From positions 1-64,000 of the forward strand of contig MQRK01233137.1 of NCBI GenBank assembly GCA_001938485.1: a stretch of DNA of 64,000 nucleotides, in the 5' to 3' direction. Of the stretch, positions 11,159 to 23,537 are shown in pieces. Under the pieces are notes generated by a model that worked only from the letters and a program-made list of their open reading frames with translations, was not told where the DNA came from and searched no databases. Origin of the DNA: Girardia tigrina (taxonomy: Eukaryota). The number at the start of each line of letters is the position of its first letter. Positions within the stretch are counted from its first letter, which is position 1. A program made the translations under genes and the position numbers.

Positions 11159-14100
11159 ATTATGTTTATTTAACAAAACATTATTTCAGTGAACAAAAGA
11201 TATAGATTTGTGTTTGAGAATATTAAACCATATTAAAAATAAAAGCCACTTTGTAAAACAACAGATATAATTGATATTAAAATTAAAGATTTAAATATGT
11301 ATACTTTCTTTTTAAAATTGACAGCTATAAAATCAAAAAGGAAAGGAAGAATAACTAAAATTTTTAAATGATTTGTAATTTTAATTATCGTTATTTCTAT
11401 CCCTTGAATTTCCTTTTTTTTCGTTAATTTAACTAGAAAAAACAGTGCTTCCTACCCCTCTGTGGTGCACGGACCCTTTGTTGAGGAAACCTGCAATAGA
11501 TCTGTTCGCCGAGCAAATGATTATTCACCACTTGGGGAGGAAAAAATGATTAATGGAAAATTCAAATGGAAGAATACTTACAACCATGATCAGAAAATAC
11601 AGTGGAAAATGAAACACTCGAGTAATTAATTCCGCTTCGTCGAGTATCGTTAATCAGCCAATATTTATGATTGCCAAGATCATTCGAATTTCAATGAAAT
11701 CAATAGATATAGTCAAACAAAATCGAAGAAATTCGATAATTTTTTGGAATTGAATTTTCCGGACTTTTAAAAAAATGTGTGGATCACTAATGATTTCAAA
11801 GATACATAAAAATAGTTTCAAATGATTTCTATAAAGTTCGTCTAAATTTCTTTTTCAAAGATTTTTATTGATTGGTGAATTTTAATGATTTATTTTTTTG
11901 TCTGATTTAAAATTTAGAAATTCTTTGTTATTTTTTAAAATAAAAAAATTAAATATTATATGTAAAAAAGAAATTTATTAAAATTATTATGAATGTTTAA
12001 AAAAATTTGAAAATGAAAAAAATGTTATCACAGTGATAAAGTTTGTTTGTATAAATCAAAACTGTAATTATAATTTGCAGAAAAATAAATCTTGTCGATT
12101 TTTGATATTTTGATGTTTTTTTAATCGAAACTTTTAATTAAATTATGAATCTGAATCTGAAAGAAGTTTTTTCTTTTTGTGATGGCTCGCAAATAAACTC
12201 CGATCTAGAAAAGTCGATAATTCGAAATGTCATTCGAATTCCAAAGAAAAACTTTTTTTGTCATCATTACGACAATTTATTAAATGATTTACCGAATTCT
12301 CTTTCTCCAATGACACCGATCGGTAAAGAAATCGATTCCCAAGTCGTTAGGGAAGTATTCATTGATGAAAATAAGTTCACATTGACTGCTACAAAATCTG
12401 AAAATTATTAAGCCAAATACGCATCGATAACGTTACGCTTGGTGCAGAAGATCGGGCATACTATTTGAAAAGGATTGAAAACGGATTCAACTTGGTTTCT
12501 GTCCTAGAGATAATCCACGATGACTTACTGAAAAAAATGCGGCTTTAAATTACAGCTGGACAAAGTTCTGGTTGAACGCGAATTTCTCCTCTATATTCAT
12601 CGGAGCGTTTTAATGATCATAATCATCTCAGACGCTGGTACTCGCACTCTAATCGACACGGGAGTCAGCGTGACGAGGATCGGGCTCATCAAGAGACTTA
12701 CGGATAGAAAAAATTAGATTTGTCCCCACGACCCTCAGTCCATCCCTCAACCCAGAGGCTCTGCAACCACATATCCACTTCGCACGCTCTCGCACCAAGA
12801 TCTTTTATTCTTCTTTTAATTTTAAAGTAAAGTTTGTTTAAGATTGAATAACTCATGGGAATACATTATGCCAAAACTACTTAGTTTTTTAATAATAAGC
12901 AGCTGAAAAACTGCTTATTCAGTTGGTTTACATTGCTTGAATTTCAGCTGTTTTTTGATTTTATGTGAAGGTTTGTTGAGTGGAACGCATTGAGAGTGAA
13001 AGATTTGTCTCAGAGTTTGATTATTATTTTGTTGTCATTTGTAATAATGTCTTCGTTACTTAAAAAATTACAGAGCTAAAGAGAAAACACATCGTTTTCT
13101 CATATGAAAATAACTATTTTTAGTTAATGTGTATTAAAAATACCGAAAAATTTGTGATAATTCTTTTAGTTTGGTGATAATTTTCAAAATGTATTTCTGA
13201 ATTATTAAATAATTTTAAAATAATTAATTTAGTTAATATTTAATTAAATTAGGGAAAAGTAAAATGAAATCCGACTTTACCTCTGTTCAACAAATAGGTT
13301 CACTGTTTATCCAACTATTCGGAATTATAAAAACAAAGAAATACTAAGTAACAAAAGATATACGTCTTGAAATAATTATTGTATATGAATTATAATTTAA
13401 CATAATTATTAAATAATCTCACCGATTTAATCTCTACAAATTTACAACTTTTGTAATACTTTCAATGAGCAAGGTCCTATAAAGTTCCTCCTCAACGTGT
13501 TATATTCCCAAAACGATTGTAATATACCCAGTTTAGACATTTTCTGTTGGAGAGATTTTGTCATTTAAGGACATCATTTTGGTAGACAACTGAGTTGCGA
13601 TATTCTTTTACAGAATTAAGTTATTACCTTATCAAAAACAGCAAATTATGAGTTTATTTCAACTTATTACGATTCCCAATAAACAATATCGTCATGTGTA
13701 AATTATCTATGAATAGTGTCTAAGGAAATTCATAAACATAACGAAAAATTTGAATATGGCTCTTAGTCACACAGACAATGTCAAAAGTTCTCCTTTTGAG
13801 ACAGCAAGTGTGTTTAAGTAAAAAATAACATTCTGAGTCTACTACCTGATTTTCATGACAGTGAGTGAGTGAGTCGGTATGAGAACATTTTTATAACATA
13901 ACGAAGTTCATTATACTTTGTTACATTAAAAATTTAATTGCTAAAGGAATGTAACTAAATATAACTAAATTCATTACATTTTGAGCGGAAAATGATCGAT
14001 ATTCGTCCTCTTGTTTAAGAGAGTTAGGCTACCACGTACCATTTCCACCCATGTTGGTATTTGTGACCAAATATATGCTGTCGTTATAATTACCTATATG

Positions 14101-14404
14101 TTTGCCAATGCATAATTTCAATGCTTCCATTAACAATGTAAAATACTAGTCTATTATTTAAAATGAAAAAAGCTTATTTATCATGTGCAAGTTTTTGGGC
14201 CAGGTAACAAAGCAGAGGCGTTAAATTTATTTACAAGCTACGGGTTCGGACTGAGGTCCTCGCTAGATTATAAACAATTAATAGTGTTGGTCATTTCATT
14301 TGTTATATTTTAGTTATTATTAAAAGTATTCTTTTACTTATCATTAGTGTCAGGTCAGAAATATTTTCCAAGTCCTTTAAGGAAACTAGTAAATCAAAAA
14401 AAAT

Positions 14405-14690
14405 TTATATCCATTCTTTATGCTGGCCAAGAGAATTTTTTTGCTATCTTTTGTAGAAGGGAAAATTACTAGTACATTTACTTGTTTATCTTTACTTTCT
14501 TTGCGTAATATAAACTACTTATGATTTATAAGTAGATCATTTTATATTAATATTGTTCATGAACTCCGATTTGACAGTTCTTCCAATTCTAGGATCTTAG
14601 AAAGTTTTTTGATCAAATTTTTACATTATCATTTATTGTCATCGAAAATGAGTAAATGTGCAAAATATTTATAGAAAGTAATTTTTTATA
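14405..14690 (+). mobile_element. Non-autonomous interspersed repeat, Helentron/HINE-like (copy 1)
   Basis: Shares ccattctttatgc...gaactccgat...atcatttattgtcat...atgagtaa with 39205-39545 and, inverted, with 57075-57502. Confidence 0.6.
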
Positions 14691-15811
14691 GAAATATTTA
14701 TAGAAAAAGTAAAAAGAAAAGTCAAATAATAAAAAGCCATAGATGATTATTGATTGACGTAGAAAAAGAGGCAATCTATCAAATAAATGATAAAAATAAA
14801 TTAAACGAAAGAAAGAAATGAATGACCGTACATAATAAGACTCAATTTTTTATTTTAATCATTATATTTTATGAAAATTCAAACAAAAGAAATAAGTAAG
14901 GAATATATTTAAAAAATTGATTTATTGAAAAATTTATGCAAAAAATTGATTGAAAAAACATAAATCAGAAAGTGAAATAATTTCCTTTGTATCACTACCA
15001 AAGGCCAAAAAATAATGTCAAAACAAAGTAAAGCATTTCTGCAGCAACACGTAATCTGGCTCGATTAATTGCCTATTTTTGTATCCTAACAGTCAAAATT
15101 TTTATTATATTATACTGTTAATTATTTCAATTGTATTATATTTCGAACAGATATCCCTTTTCATATGATGAGTCTGTCCGGTTTTAAAAATGACCGATCT
15201 AGAATGCACTTATTTATATTGATGTTTCTATTCTTTGTATGTTTTCTTTGATATGTGTTCTTTGTCTTAAACGTTCCCTGTCAATAATGAAAATACAATT
15301 TTTTTCAAATTTCTTTTTGACATTATTTATTTGATATTGATATATATCGATTTATTTATAGCATTATATGGACTACGAGATTACAAAGTATAGTGTTCAC
15401 TAAATCGTATCAGCAGCAGCAACCAATTAAGAACCTTTTTTTCTTTCAAGTGATATTTAATTTAATTTTTTGGTTTTTAATTATTAAAAAAATGCCTTAA
15501 TTGGATTTGCGACCCCTGAAATTTTTGAGCTGAGAAAAATCCAGATATACATTGGAAAATTTTTAATGTAATTAAAAATAAAATTTTGATTTAAAAAAAT
15601 TATTATCGATGACTGTAAAAAAATTATTATCGAAAACTGTAAAAAAATTATTATCGAAAAACTTTGAGTGAATTAATTTTTGTATTGTTTAAATATATTC
15701 GAATGATTATCGCATTCTTTAAATTTGTTTTCTACGTAATTAAATATTTGAAACCATTCTACTAACAAGAAGACTACTGTTTCAAAAAGTGCAATTTTAA
15801 AACAAGACGAG

Positions 15812-16507
15812 ATGGACAATTCTCCGTTCTCGGAAATGCTTGAAGCGGTCGATAAATTGTTTTCTCATCGAGAAATCACCGAAGACGACATCAAGTCGCT
15901 TCAGGAGAGTATTTTCATGTATATCATTCCGCAATTTAACGAAGCGGTTATTTTGACCGATCTTCTCGGAGTTCCGAGAAATAATTTGTTTAATTCGATT
16001 AATAATGCTTTTATCGATAAAATCAAATTGAAATTATCGAACAGTCGGAATCTGCGGGCGACACGTTTGAGCGGGGTGGACGCGATGATTTGCGTGACTG
16101 ATATCGGTGACACTGGTCATATCACAAAGCATGAAATCCGTGTGTTGTTGCGTCACTATTGGACGAAAGGCTTGACAACACGAGATGCTGCCAAGGCAAT
16201 TTGCAAAGTTGAAAGTAGACAAATGGTTGGAAAAAGTACGGCAATTGATTGGTTCAAGCGTTTCAATAAAGGCAACTTTGACTTCAATGACAATCCTCGT
16301 TCCGGACGACCAACGAAATTGGATAACGATGACTTACAAGCAGAGTTGGACATGAAGCCTTCGTCAAGCACTCGCGATTTGGCATTTAAGCTTGGAGTTG
16401 GCAAGTCAACCATACATAGGTATTTGAAGCAGCTCGACTTTCTGCACAAGAAACCGCGTCAAGATCCACACGAACTCACCAAAGCACAGGCCGATAAAAG
16501 AGTCTAA
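15812..16507 (+). CDS. Chimeric ORF: 99 aa of unknown origin fused in frame to a mariner transposase DNA-binding domain
   Basis: Mariner similarity starts at DTGHITKHEIR (16109). Contains WFKRF, PRSGRP, second HTH and DPHEL linker; stop at 16505-16507. Confidence 0.6.
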   Translation: MDNSPFSEMLEAVDKLFSHREITEDDIKSLQESIFMYIIPQFNEAVILTDLLGVPRNNLFNSINNAFIDKIKLKLSNSRNLRATRLSGVDAMICVTDIGDTGHITKHEIRVLLRHYWTKGLTTRDAAKAICKVESRQMVGKSTAIDWFKRFNKGNFDFNDNPRSGRPTKLDNDDLQAELDMKPSSSTRDLAFKLGVGKSTIHRYLKQLDFLHKKPRQDPHELTKAQADKRV

Positions 16508-17182
16508 ACTTGCCGAAAACTGCTACAAAATCCACGAGATGGCCGCTTTTGGAAACGAATTGTGACGTCGGATGAGAAGTGGGTCTACTTGGTCAACCAC
16601 AACCGAGACAAGCAATGGGTTCCACAGGGTCAAGCAACACCATCAGTTCCTAAACAAGATCGATTTGGCTTAAAAATCATGTTGTGCGTCTGGTGGAACT
16701 TTGAGGTGGTTCAGAACGGCCAGGCCATCAATGCAGAGCTCTATTGTAAACAGCTCGACTGTGTCTACGAGAAGCTCAAGGAGAAGTACCCTGCCTTAAT
16801 CAACCGAAAACGGCTACTATTTCAGCAAGACAATGTCAAGCCCCATACTGCCAAGAAGACCACTCGCAGGTTCCAAGAGTTGAATGCAGTCGAAATCCTG
16901 CCGCATCCTGCTTACAGGCCTGATTGCGCACTATCCGATTATGGCATCTTCCGATCCATGCAACACTTCTTGAAAGGCCGCAGATTCGAAGCATTCGATG
17001 AAGTTGAACAAGCATGTCAAGAGTTCTTCAATTCGAAGCAGCCGGAATGGTACTTTGACCAGATCCGAAAGCTTGCAGACCGTTGGCAGAAAGTAGTCGA
17101 AAGCGATGGACTGTACTTTGAAAATTCTTACACAAAAAATTGTATTTTTCATTCTTGACCAGGAACTTTTAGGACAACCTAA
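16109..17182 (+). mobile_element. mariner (DD34D) element lacking its 5' TIR
   Basis: TSDEKW, QDNVKPH and YRPDCALSDY in the same frame past one stop. 3' TIR revcomp TTAGGTTGTCCTAAAAGTTCCTGGTC ends at 17182. Confidence 0.93.
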
Positions 17183-18320
17183 TTCAAAAGAATCACAAAC
17201 TTCTTTATCGAGTATTCACCTAATGAAATTACAGCTTGAATTCAAAGTTGAAAGAAAAAAACAGAAAGTTCAATGCTGTTTGGATGGAGGAATTCTTTAT
17301 ATTAGAGTAGAACAAAATGTGTGTTTGTTCAATTTGTGAATCATAGATTACCACTATGTAAAGATGTAACCTCAACAATTATTTCAAAGCTGTTTCGATT
17401 GGCTATTATTAAACGTAGCCGGTATAAGATCATGTATTTCTTTTAATGAATCATTAATTGCAATATTCGTTAGTTTAATATTACTTTTCCGATCATTTAA
17501 TGTCCTCATTCATCTAAGTCTTTCAGCGAATTATTTCGATAATGAATGCGCACGTTGCGAGTATCTTCAGATCGTCCAACGAGTCAAAATAAATGTTAAA
17601 CATCTCTTTGTAATCGAAAAGTTCATTTGGAGAAAATATTATTTTGTTGGCGTTCAGAAACATTGGCTGCGCCCATAAACCGGCTCAGCAACATCAATCC
17701 GACCATTTCACACTAATCGTTGTAGATGGCTTGGAATCAGTTTATTTGTTCCAATTTTGAATTTAAATAGCTTCATATAGTAATCATCGGAAATTACGGT
17801 AAACAAACATAAAAAAAATACCGAGTAAGCGAGTAATGTTTATTCTGACGAATTGATATAACTTTTGAATTTATTGAGTACATCTGTAGCTTTATAGAAA
17901 TTGTCTATAGACACACATGGCAATCTTAGTGGGAGGAAGTAATTTTTAATTCAAAATGTCGAATAAGAGGGAACAATGTTCTAAGGTTTCTATTGATATA
18001 TCTAATAATCTTTTAAAAAATAAAATCGATTCACAGAATAAAAAATATCAATAGAAACCTTAGAACATATATCAATACAAAAATCATCACTTACATCATA
18101 CAAAGCCGCATGAGCCAATGCTAATTCATTCACAATTTTATTCCGTAATTTCTTTTCTTTCTCCAGCATTCTTCGCAAGATCTTTCGGTGAATGCTTCTG
18201 ACGTCTTCATTGAGGTTTCTATTGATATGTCTAATAATCTTTTAAAAAATAAAATCGATTCACAGAATAAAAAACTTATAAATTTACGCAAATAATTTGG
18301 TGTTTTTCAATTTGATTTCC

Positions 18321-18461
18321 AAATGTCAAAAGTTCTCGAAATGCAACCACGTTTAAATTTTGTGTTCATGAGAATTATTTTTCCAAATTTCACAGCATAA
18401 ATTTATGGTTTCATTTAGTGGGACATTAGTAAATAAACTAGTCACATCAAACGAAACCATT
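18321..18461 (-). repeat. Inverted copy of a Penelope RT segment at the element 5' end
   Basis: Reverse complement of about 19215-19593 but without the 239-bp insert. Confidence 0.9.
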
Positions 18462-19918
18462 AAGTTTTAAACTTAAGTGATGAAACTTTAAATGAAGATG
18501 AAATGAATTTATTAAAATTTAGTCCTAAACATAGTATTCGTAAAAAAATTAATAAACATAAATTCCAATCAAAAATTATTTTGTATGTTAAAATAATGTA
18601 TGTTCAAGTTTTATAATTTAAATTACCCGCATTTAAATAAAAGCGTGGATTTTGAAAATTTTAAAAATGTACTTTATAAAAATAATATTAACTATATTAA
18701 TAAAAATGCAAAACAAAGTAATAAATATTTTTTAATTTTAAAAAATCTTTCAAAAAAGAATATTAATATCTGTAAATACGATAAAGGTAATGGATTGGTT
18801 ATTTTAAATGAAAAAGAGTATATTAATAAAATGGAAAATGTACTTCAAAGTCAGCAATTTGAAAAAATTGATAAATTTAGCATAAATGGGAAATTAGCCC
18901 CTTTAAAAGATGAAGAACATCTCTCGTCTTTATAAAATAAATTAATTAAAAATGGACACCTTGATGAAAAATTAGGGAAGCAATTAAAACCAATAGGTTC
19001 CCAACCGGCTAAGTTATATGAACTTCCTAAAGTTCACAAGGATGGTGTACCTATGCGTCCAATTCTTTCAATGGTTCAAACTGCACAATATGACATCGCT
19101 AAATTTTTAGACTTAAAGTTAAAATGTTTAATATCTGAAAAGTATGCATGTCGTGACAGTTTTGAATTTTTTAACTTTATTTCCAATTATGAATTAAGTA
19201 ATAAAAATGAATTCATGGTTTCGTTTGATGTGACTAGTTTATTTACAAACTAGTAAATAACCCGTCATGTATGACGGATATAATTATATAGTTATATAAT
19301 TATATAATTACAATTGTAAGTAGATAATTATATTAATAATAATTCATATGGAAAATTATCATGAATAATTCTGCTAATAATAATTTTCCATATGAATTAT
19401 TATTAATATAAATATCTACTTACAGTTGTAAGTAGATAATATGAGCGTTAGTGAAGCAGTGAGTGACTTGGGCTTTTATAAGATAAGATATCCCACTAAA
19501 TGAAACCATAAATTTATGCTGTGAAATTTGGAAAAATAATTCTCATGAACACAAAATTTAAACGTGGTTGCATTTCGAGAACTTTTGACATTTGCCACAT
19601 CAAATATAATTTTTTTATTTAATAATCAATGGTACAAACAAGTGGATGGTGTTGCAATGGGATCTCCATTAGCACCAACATTAGCCTCAATTTTTTTGTC
19701 CAAAATTGAAGAAAATATTGATTTGTTTTCCGGTTATAAACCACTTGTATATAAAAGATATGTAGATGATGTATTTTTAATTTTCGAAAATAAAGATCGT
19801 GTAAAACCATTTCTAAATTATATGAATTCGATCCATTCTAATATCAAATTCACAGTAGAGGAAGAAGTGCAGAGTATTCTACCATTTTTAGACCTATTGA
19901 TCAACAGGAAATCTAATT
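18462..19918 (+). mobile_element. Penelope-like element RT region, decayed, running into an assembly gap
   Basis: DKGNGLVIL, LPKVHKDGVPMRPI, SFDVTSLFTN, GVAMGSPLAPTLA, RYVDD, IKFTVEEE and LPFLD motifs. Confidence 0.93.
19250..19488 (-). mobile_element. Non-autonomous Helitron inserted in Penelope RT
   Basis: Minus strand starts TC and ends CTAG, inserted between A and T with no TSD. Subterminal hairpin CCGTCAT..ATGACGG. Removing it restores FTN-IPL. Confidence 0.9.
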
Positions 19919-21329
19919 NNNNNNNNNNNNNNNNNNNNNNNNNNNNNNNNNNNNNNNNNNNNNNNNNNNNNNNNNNNNNNNNNNNNNNNNNNNNNNNNNN
20001 NNNNNNNNNNNNNNNNNNNNNNNNNNNNNNNNNNNNNNNNNNNNNNNNNNNNNNNNNNNNNNNNNNNNNNNNNNNNNNNNNNNNNNNNNNNNNNNNNNNN
20101 NNNNNNNNNNNNNNNNNNNNNNNNNNNNNNNNNNNNNNNNNNNNNNNNNNNNNNNNNNNNNNNNNNNNNNNNNNNNNNNNNNNNNNNNNNNNNNNNNNNN
20201 NNNNNNNNNNNNNNNNNNNNNNNNNNNNNNNNNNNNNNNNNNNNNNNNNNNNNNNNNNNNNNNNNNNNNNNNNNNNNNNNNNNNNNNNNNNNNNNNNNNN
20301 NNNNNNNNNNNNNNNNNNNNNNNNNNNNNNNNNNNNNNNNNNNNNNNNNNNNNNNNNNNNNNNNNNNNNNNNNNNNNNNNNNNNNNNNNNNNNNNNNNNN
20401 NNNNNNNNNNNNNNNNNNNNNNNNNNNNNNNNNNNNNNNNNNNNNNNNNNNNNNNNNNNNNNNNNNNNNNNNNNNNNNNNNNNNNNNNNNNNNNNNNNNN
20501 NNNNNNNNNNNNNNNNNNNNNNNNNNNNNNNNNNNNNNNNNNNNNNNNNNNNNNNNNNNNNNNNNNNNNNNNNNNNNNNNNNNNNNNNNNNNNNNNNNNN
20601 NNNNNNNNNNNNNNNNNNNNNNNNNNNNNNNNNNNNNNNNNNNAGCTTCACACTCAACTTCTCTGTTAAACATTTTCAAATAGAGCCTTTATTACATGAT
20701 TGATTACATAATCACCTTTCTCATATATAAGCTGCAAAAAGCCAGTGTTAATTTAGTCTGAATATGGCGGGTAATCAGCCGAAATTAATTACGAAAATAA
20801 ATTGTGAAAAATGGCGTTCACTTTTTAATAATGAATATCAATTGCCATTATTTTTTAAATTCCTTAGTAAAGATTATTATATTGTATTAAACCAATCATG
20901 CATTTTTTTAAATAATTCATATTTTTACTTTTTTAATATTAAATTAATATTTTTAAAGATAAATGCATTAATATATTATAATACTAATACTACTACTAAT
21001 AATAATAATTAGTAAAATGAGCATAAGAATGAAACAATAAGGATCGCAACGTTACAAAAGCAATATATGAAAATATATGAAATTTGAAATATCCTCATCA
21101 TATCAGTATGTTTTACAAAATTTATCACTTTTGTAATCAGCTACAATTTTTGTAGAGAAACAATTTTCCAAGACATGTTTTTGCAAAGCCAACCATTAAA
21201 GACAGATTGTTTAATTGAAAATATCATTGACTACCAATTAAGTCAAAAAGTTTTTTTCAAAGATAGACTATATTGTATGTAAAACAAAGATCCTCATTGC
21301 AAAGATAACTAATAAATCTAAAATATGCT

Positions 21330-21950
21330 AGGATAGGAGCCCCTTGACTCCAATCATCGATAGTCTCTGGTGGGCGTTTGTCGATAACTCGTTCCTGTCC
21401 CGAATCCCCTCGACCCGTTTCTCGATCACTCGATCGTGCCGAAACACGATATCCCCGGTCACTTTCACCGCGTACAACCGCACCCTGAGTCCCAGTCGGC
21501 CCAGCACGAGCGCGTCAACGCCCATCCATCCACGCTCTCGACCACCTCGAGATCCCCGCGGTGCGTCCTGCCGTCCCCGACCACGGTCGTGATGTCAATC
21601 CCAATCCTCTGAATCGCCGTCGAGATAAAACTACCAACCAGTCGGTTCCGCTCCCGAAATAACCACCGCCTCCGCGATCCCCTTGGGCACCGCCACAGGC
21701 CTTCACACCATCCTCAGACTAGCCACAACACTTCCCGCCGGAAACCGATCGGACTGGCACCCCCGCCGATACCTTCGAATCCCTTTTGGTGATCGCTCAC
21801 ACCAGCACAGTCGCCGTCTGCTTCAAATGGCCCCTAAACGACTCTCGCCGGATCCTATCCGAGATAATGGCCATCTTTCTTGAGATCAAGGATTTGCCGC
21901 GATAGCTTGTAACAAAGCAATAACGCAAGGCGGTCGAAGCAAGATTTTTT
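21330..21950 (-). mobile_element. GC-rich LTR-retrotransposon-like remnant (LTR end, atypical PBS, degenerate protease-like coding)
   Basis: ...TTGTTACA then AGCTATCGCGGC, then an ATG about 22 nt later. Peptide GSFIS...VVGDGR...GDIVFRHD loosely resembles a retropepsin. Confidence 0.5.
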
Positions 21951-23493
21951 TTGAAATACCAAAACTATGGTGACGAAACACCGATTAAAACAAACGATAA
22001 ATATATATCTACAATTGTATTGAAAATAAATATTCGAAAACCCATATTGGTGTTATTAAAAATTGGTATTCTTAATAAATATTATAAGTATTTTTATTTA
22101 TACCGGTTAAAGATTTATGAATCAAATTGTTTCTAAAAAACGTTTGTTTAAATATTAGTGTTAATCATTATTTTAAAAAACTTTGTATTATAATAATATT
22201 TGCATGTCGGAATCAACTTGTTATAGTAATCCCGATGATGCTCCAAGAACATCTAACACTTATGTTTAATAGTAACATTTAAACATAACTATGATAATAT
22301 CCAACGTAATTCGAGAACATTTTTAATTTAAAAATTTTTTACAGAACTTCTCGATATAAGTAAAATATAAATAAAATAATAATTCATTCATTTATATAAT
22401 TTTTAAACTCAAAAAAATAAATAAAAATTTCCCAGTAATTTAAATGGAAACGATTGGTTGTTTTTTATTGGTCAATCCAGTGAATTTAAACAAGAAATAG
22501 GCTCTGGAAATTTTTATTTGGATATATCAATGAATTTTAATTGTGGTAAGAATACTGTTTATACTTTTTTGACATTTAAAATCGTTATATTATATTATCG
22601 ATTATACAAAAAATATTATTTTATAAATATTATTTCAATAATTCTAACATTTAATAATCAATTTTCAAGAGTTTTTTTTCAATATTGATTTACATTAAAT
22701 TTATTAATTATTTTCGAATATTTTCAAATAATTACAATATTTGAGTGTGATTATTTTAAAATGAAGGGGTCCATGTTTTTTAAACTTTAAATGTTGATCT
22801 ACTAAGTTCGTTTATGTTCACTAAATACGGTTTGGAAATAGACTCATTTCCTAAGTACCTTTGCAATTCTAAAAACGGACATCCTTAAAATCATCAGATC
22901 ATTTTTAAATCTTTCAAAATGTAAAAATAATCATTGAACTGTATCAAACATTTTCGTCATGGTTTTGGAAGTACATATTCTGAATTCTGTGGACATATTT
23001 CCTCGCCCCATACATTTTCAGTTAAACCAATTACACAAACACCAACACATACATCATGAATAGTCAAACACAATACAATTGTTTGTGACTTTGATCAGTT
23101 ACATGATTAACAAAAAATCTCTTACCAGTTTTGATCACCAAATATTGAGTTTGGTTGTCTTTTTATAAGACAGTTAATTTATTTTCTGTTGTCCAAAATG
23201 TATTTACATCATTCTGATCTTGACAAAACATTAGTCTCAAAATCGCTTTGACAAATCACTGTTGCATTCAAACAAAAATTATTCTATTGTAAATGAAAAC
23301 TATTTAGTAACTGTATACTAATTTTCTATCAGTCGATAAAACAAATTATTAAGAGAATTCGATATTTTGTACTTAGAAATTTATTTTGTAAAATTAAGCG
23401 TTGATTTTTTAACACTGTAAGTAGAGGAATCCTGAAATGGGAAACCTCTTGATTTGTAAGGTTATTATATGGACAAGACTGTACCCATATAAG

Positions 23494-23495
<2 letters not shown>

Positions 23496-23535
<40 letters not shown>
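23496..23535. repeat. (TA)n microsatellite
   Basis: Directly visible; similar tracts at 45122-45154 and 49652-49690. Confidence 0.95.

Positions 23536-23537
<2 letters not shown>

Noticed and set aside
19818-20703. Long ORFs in the ORF track
   Set aside because: Artefacts of N runs; the same applies to 45121-45396 and 52462-52947.
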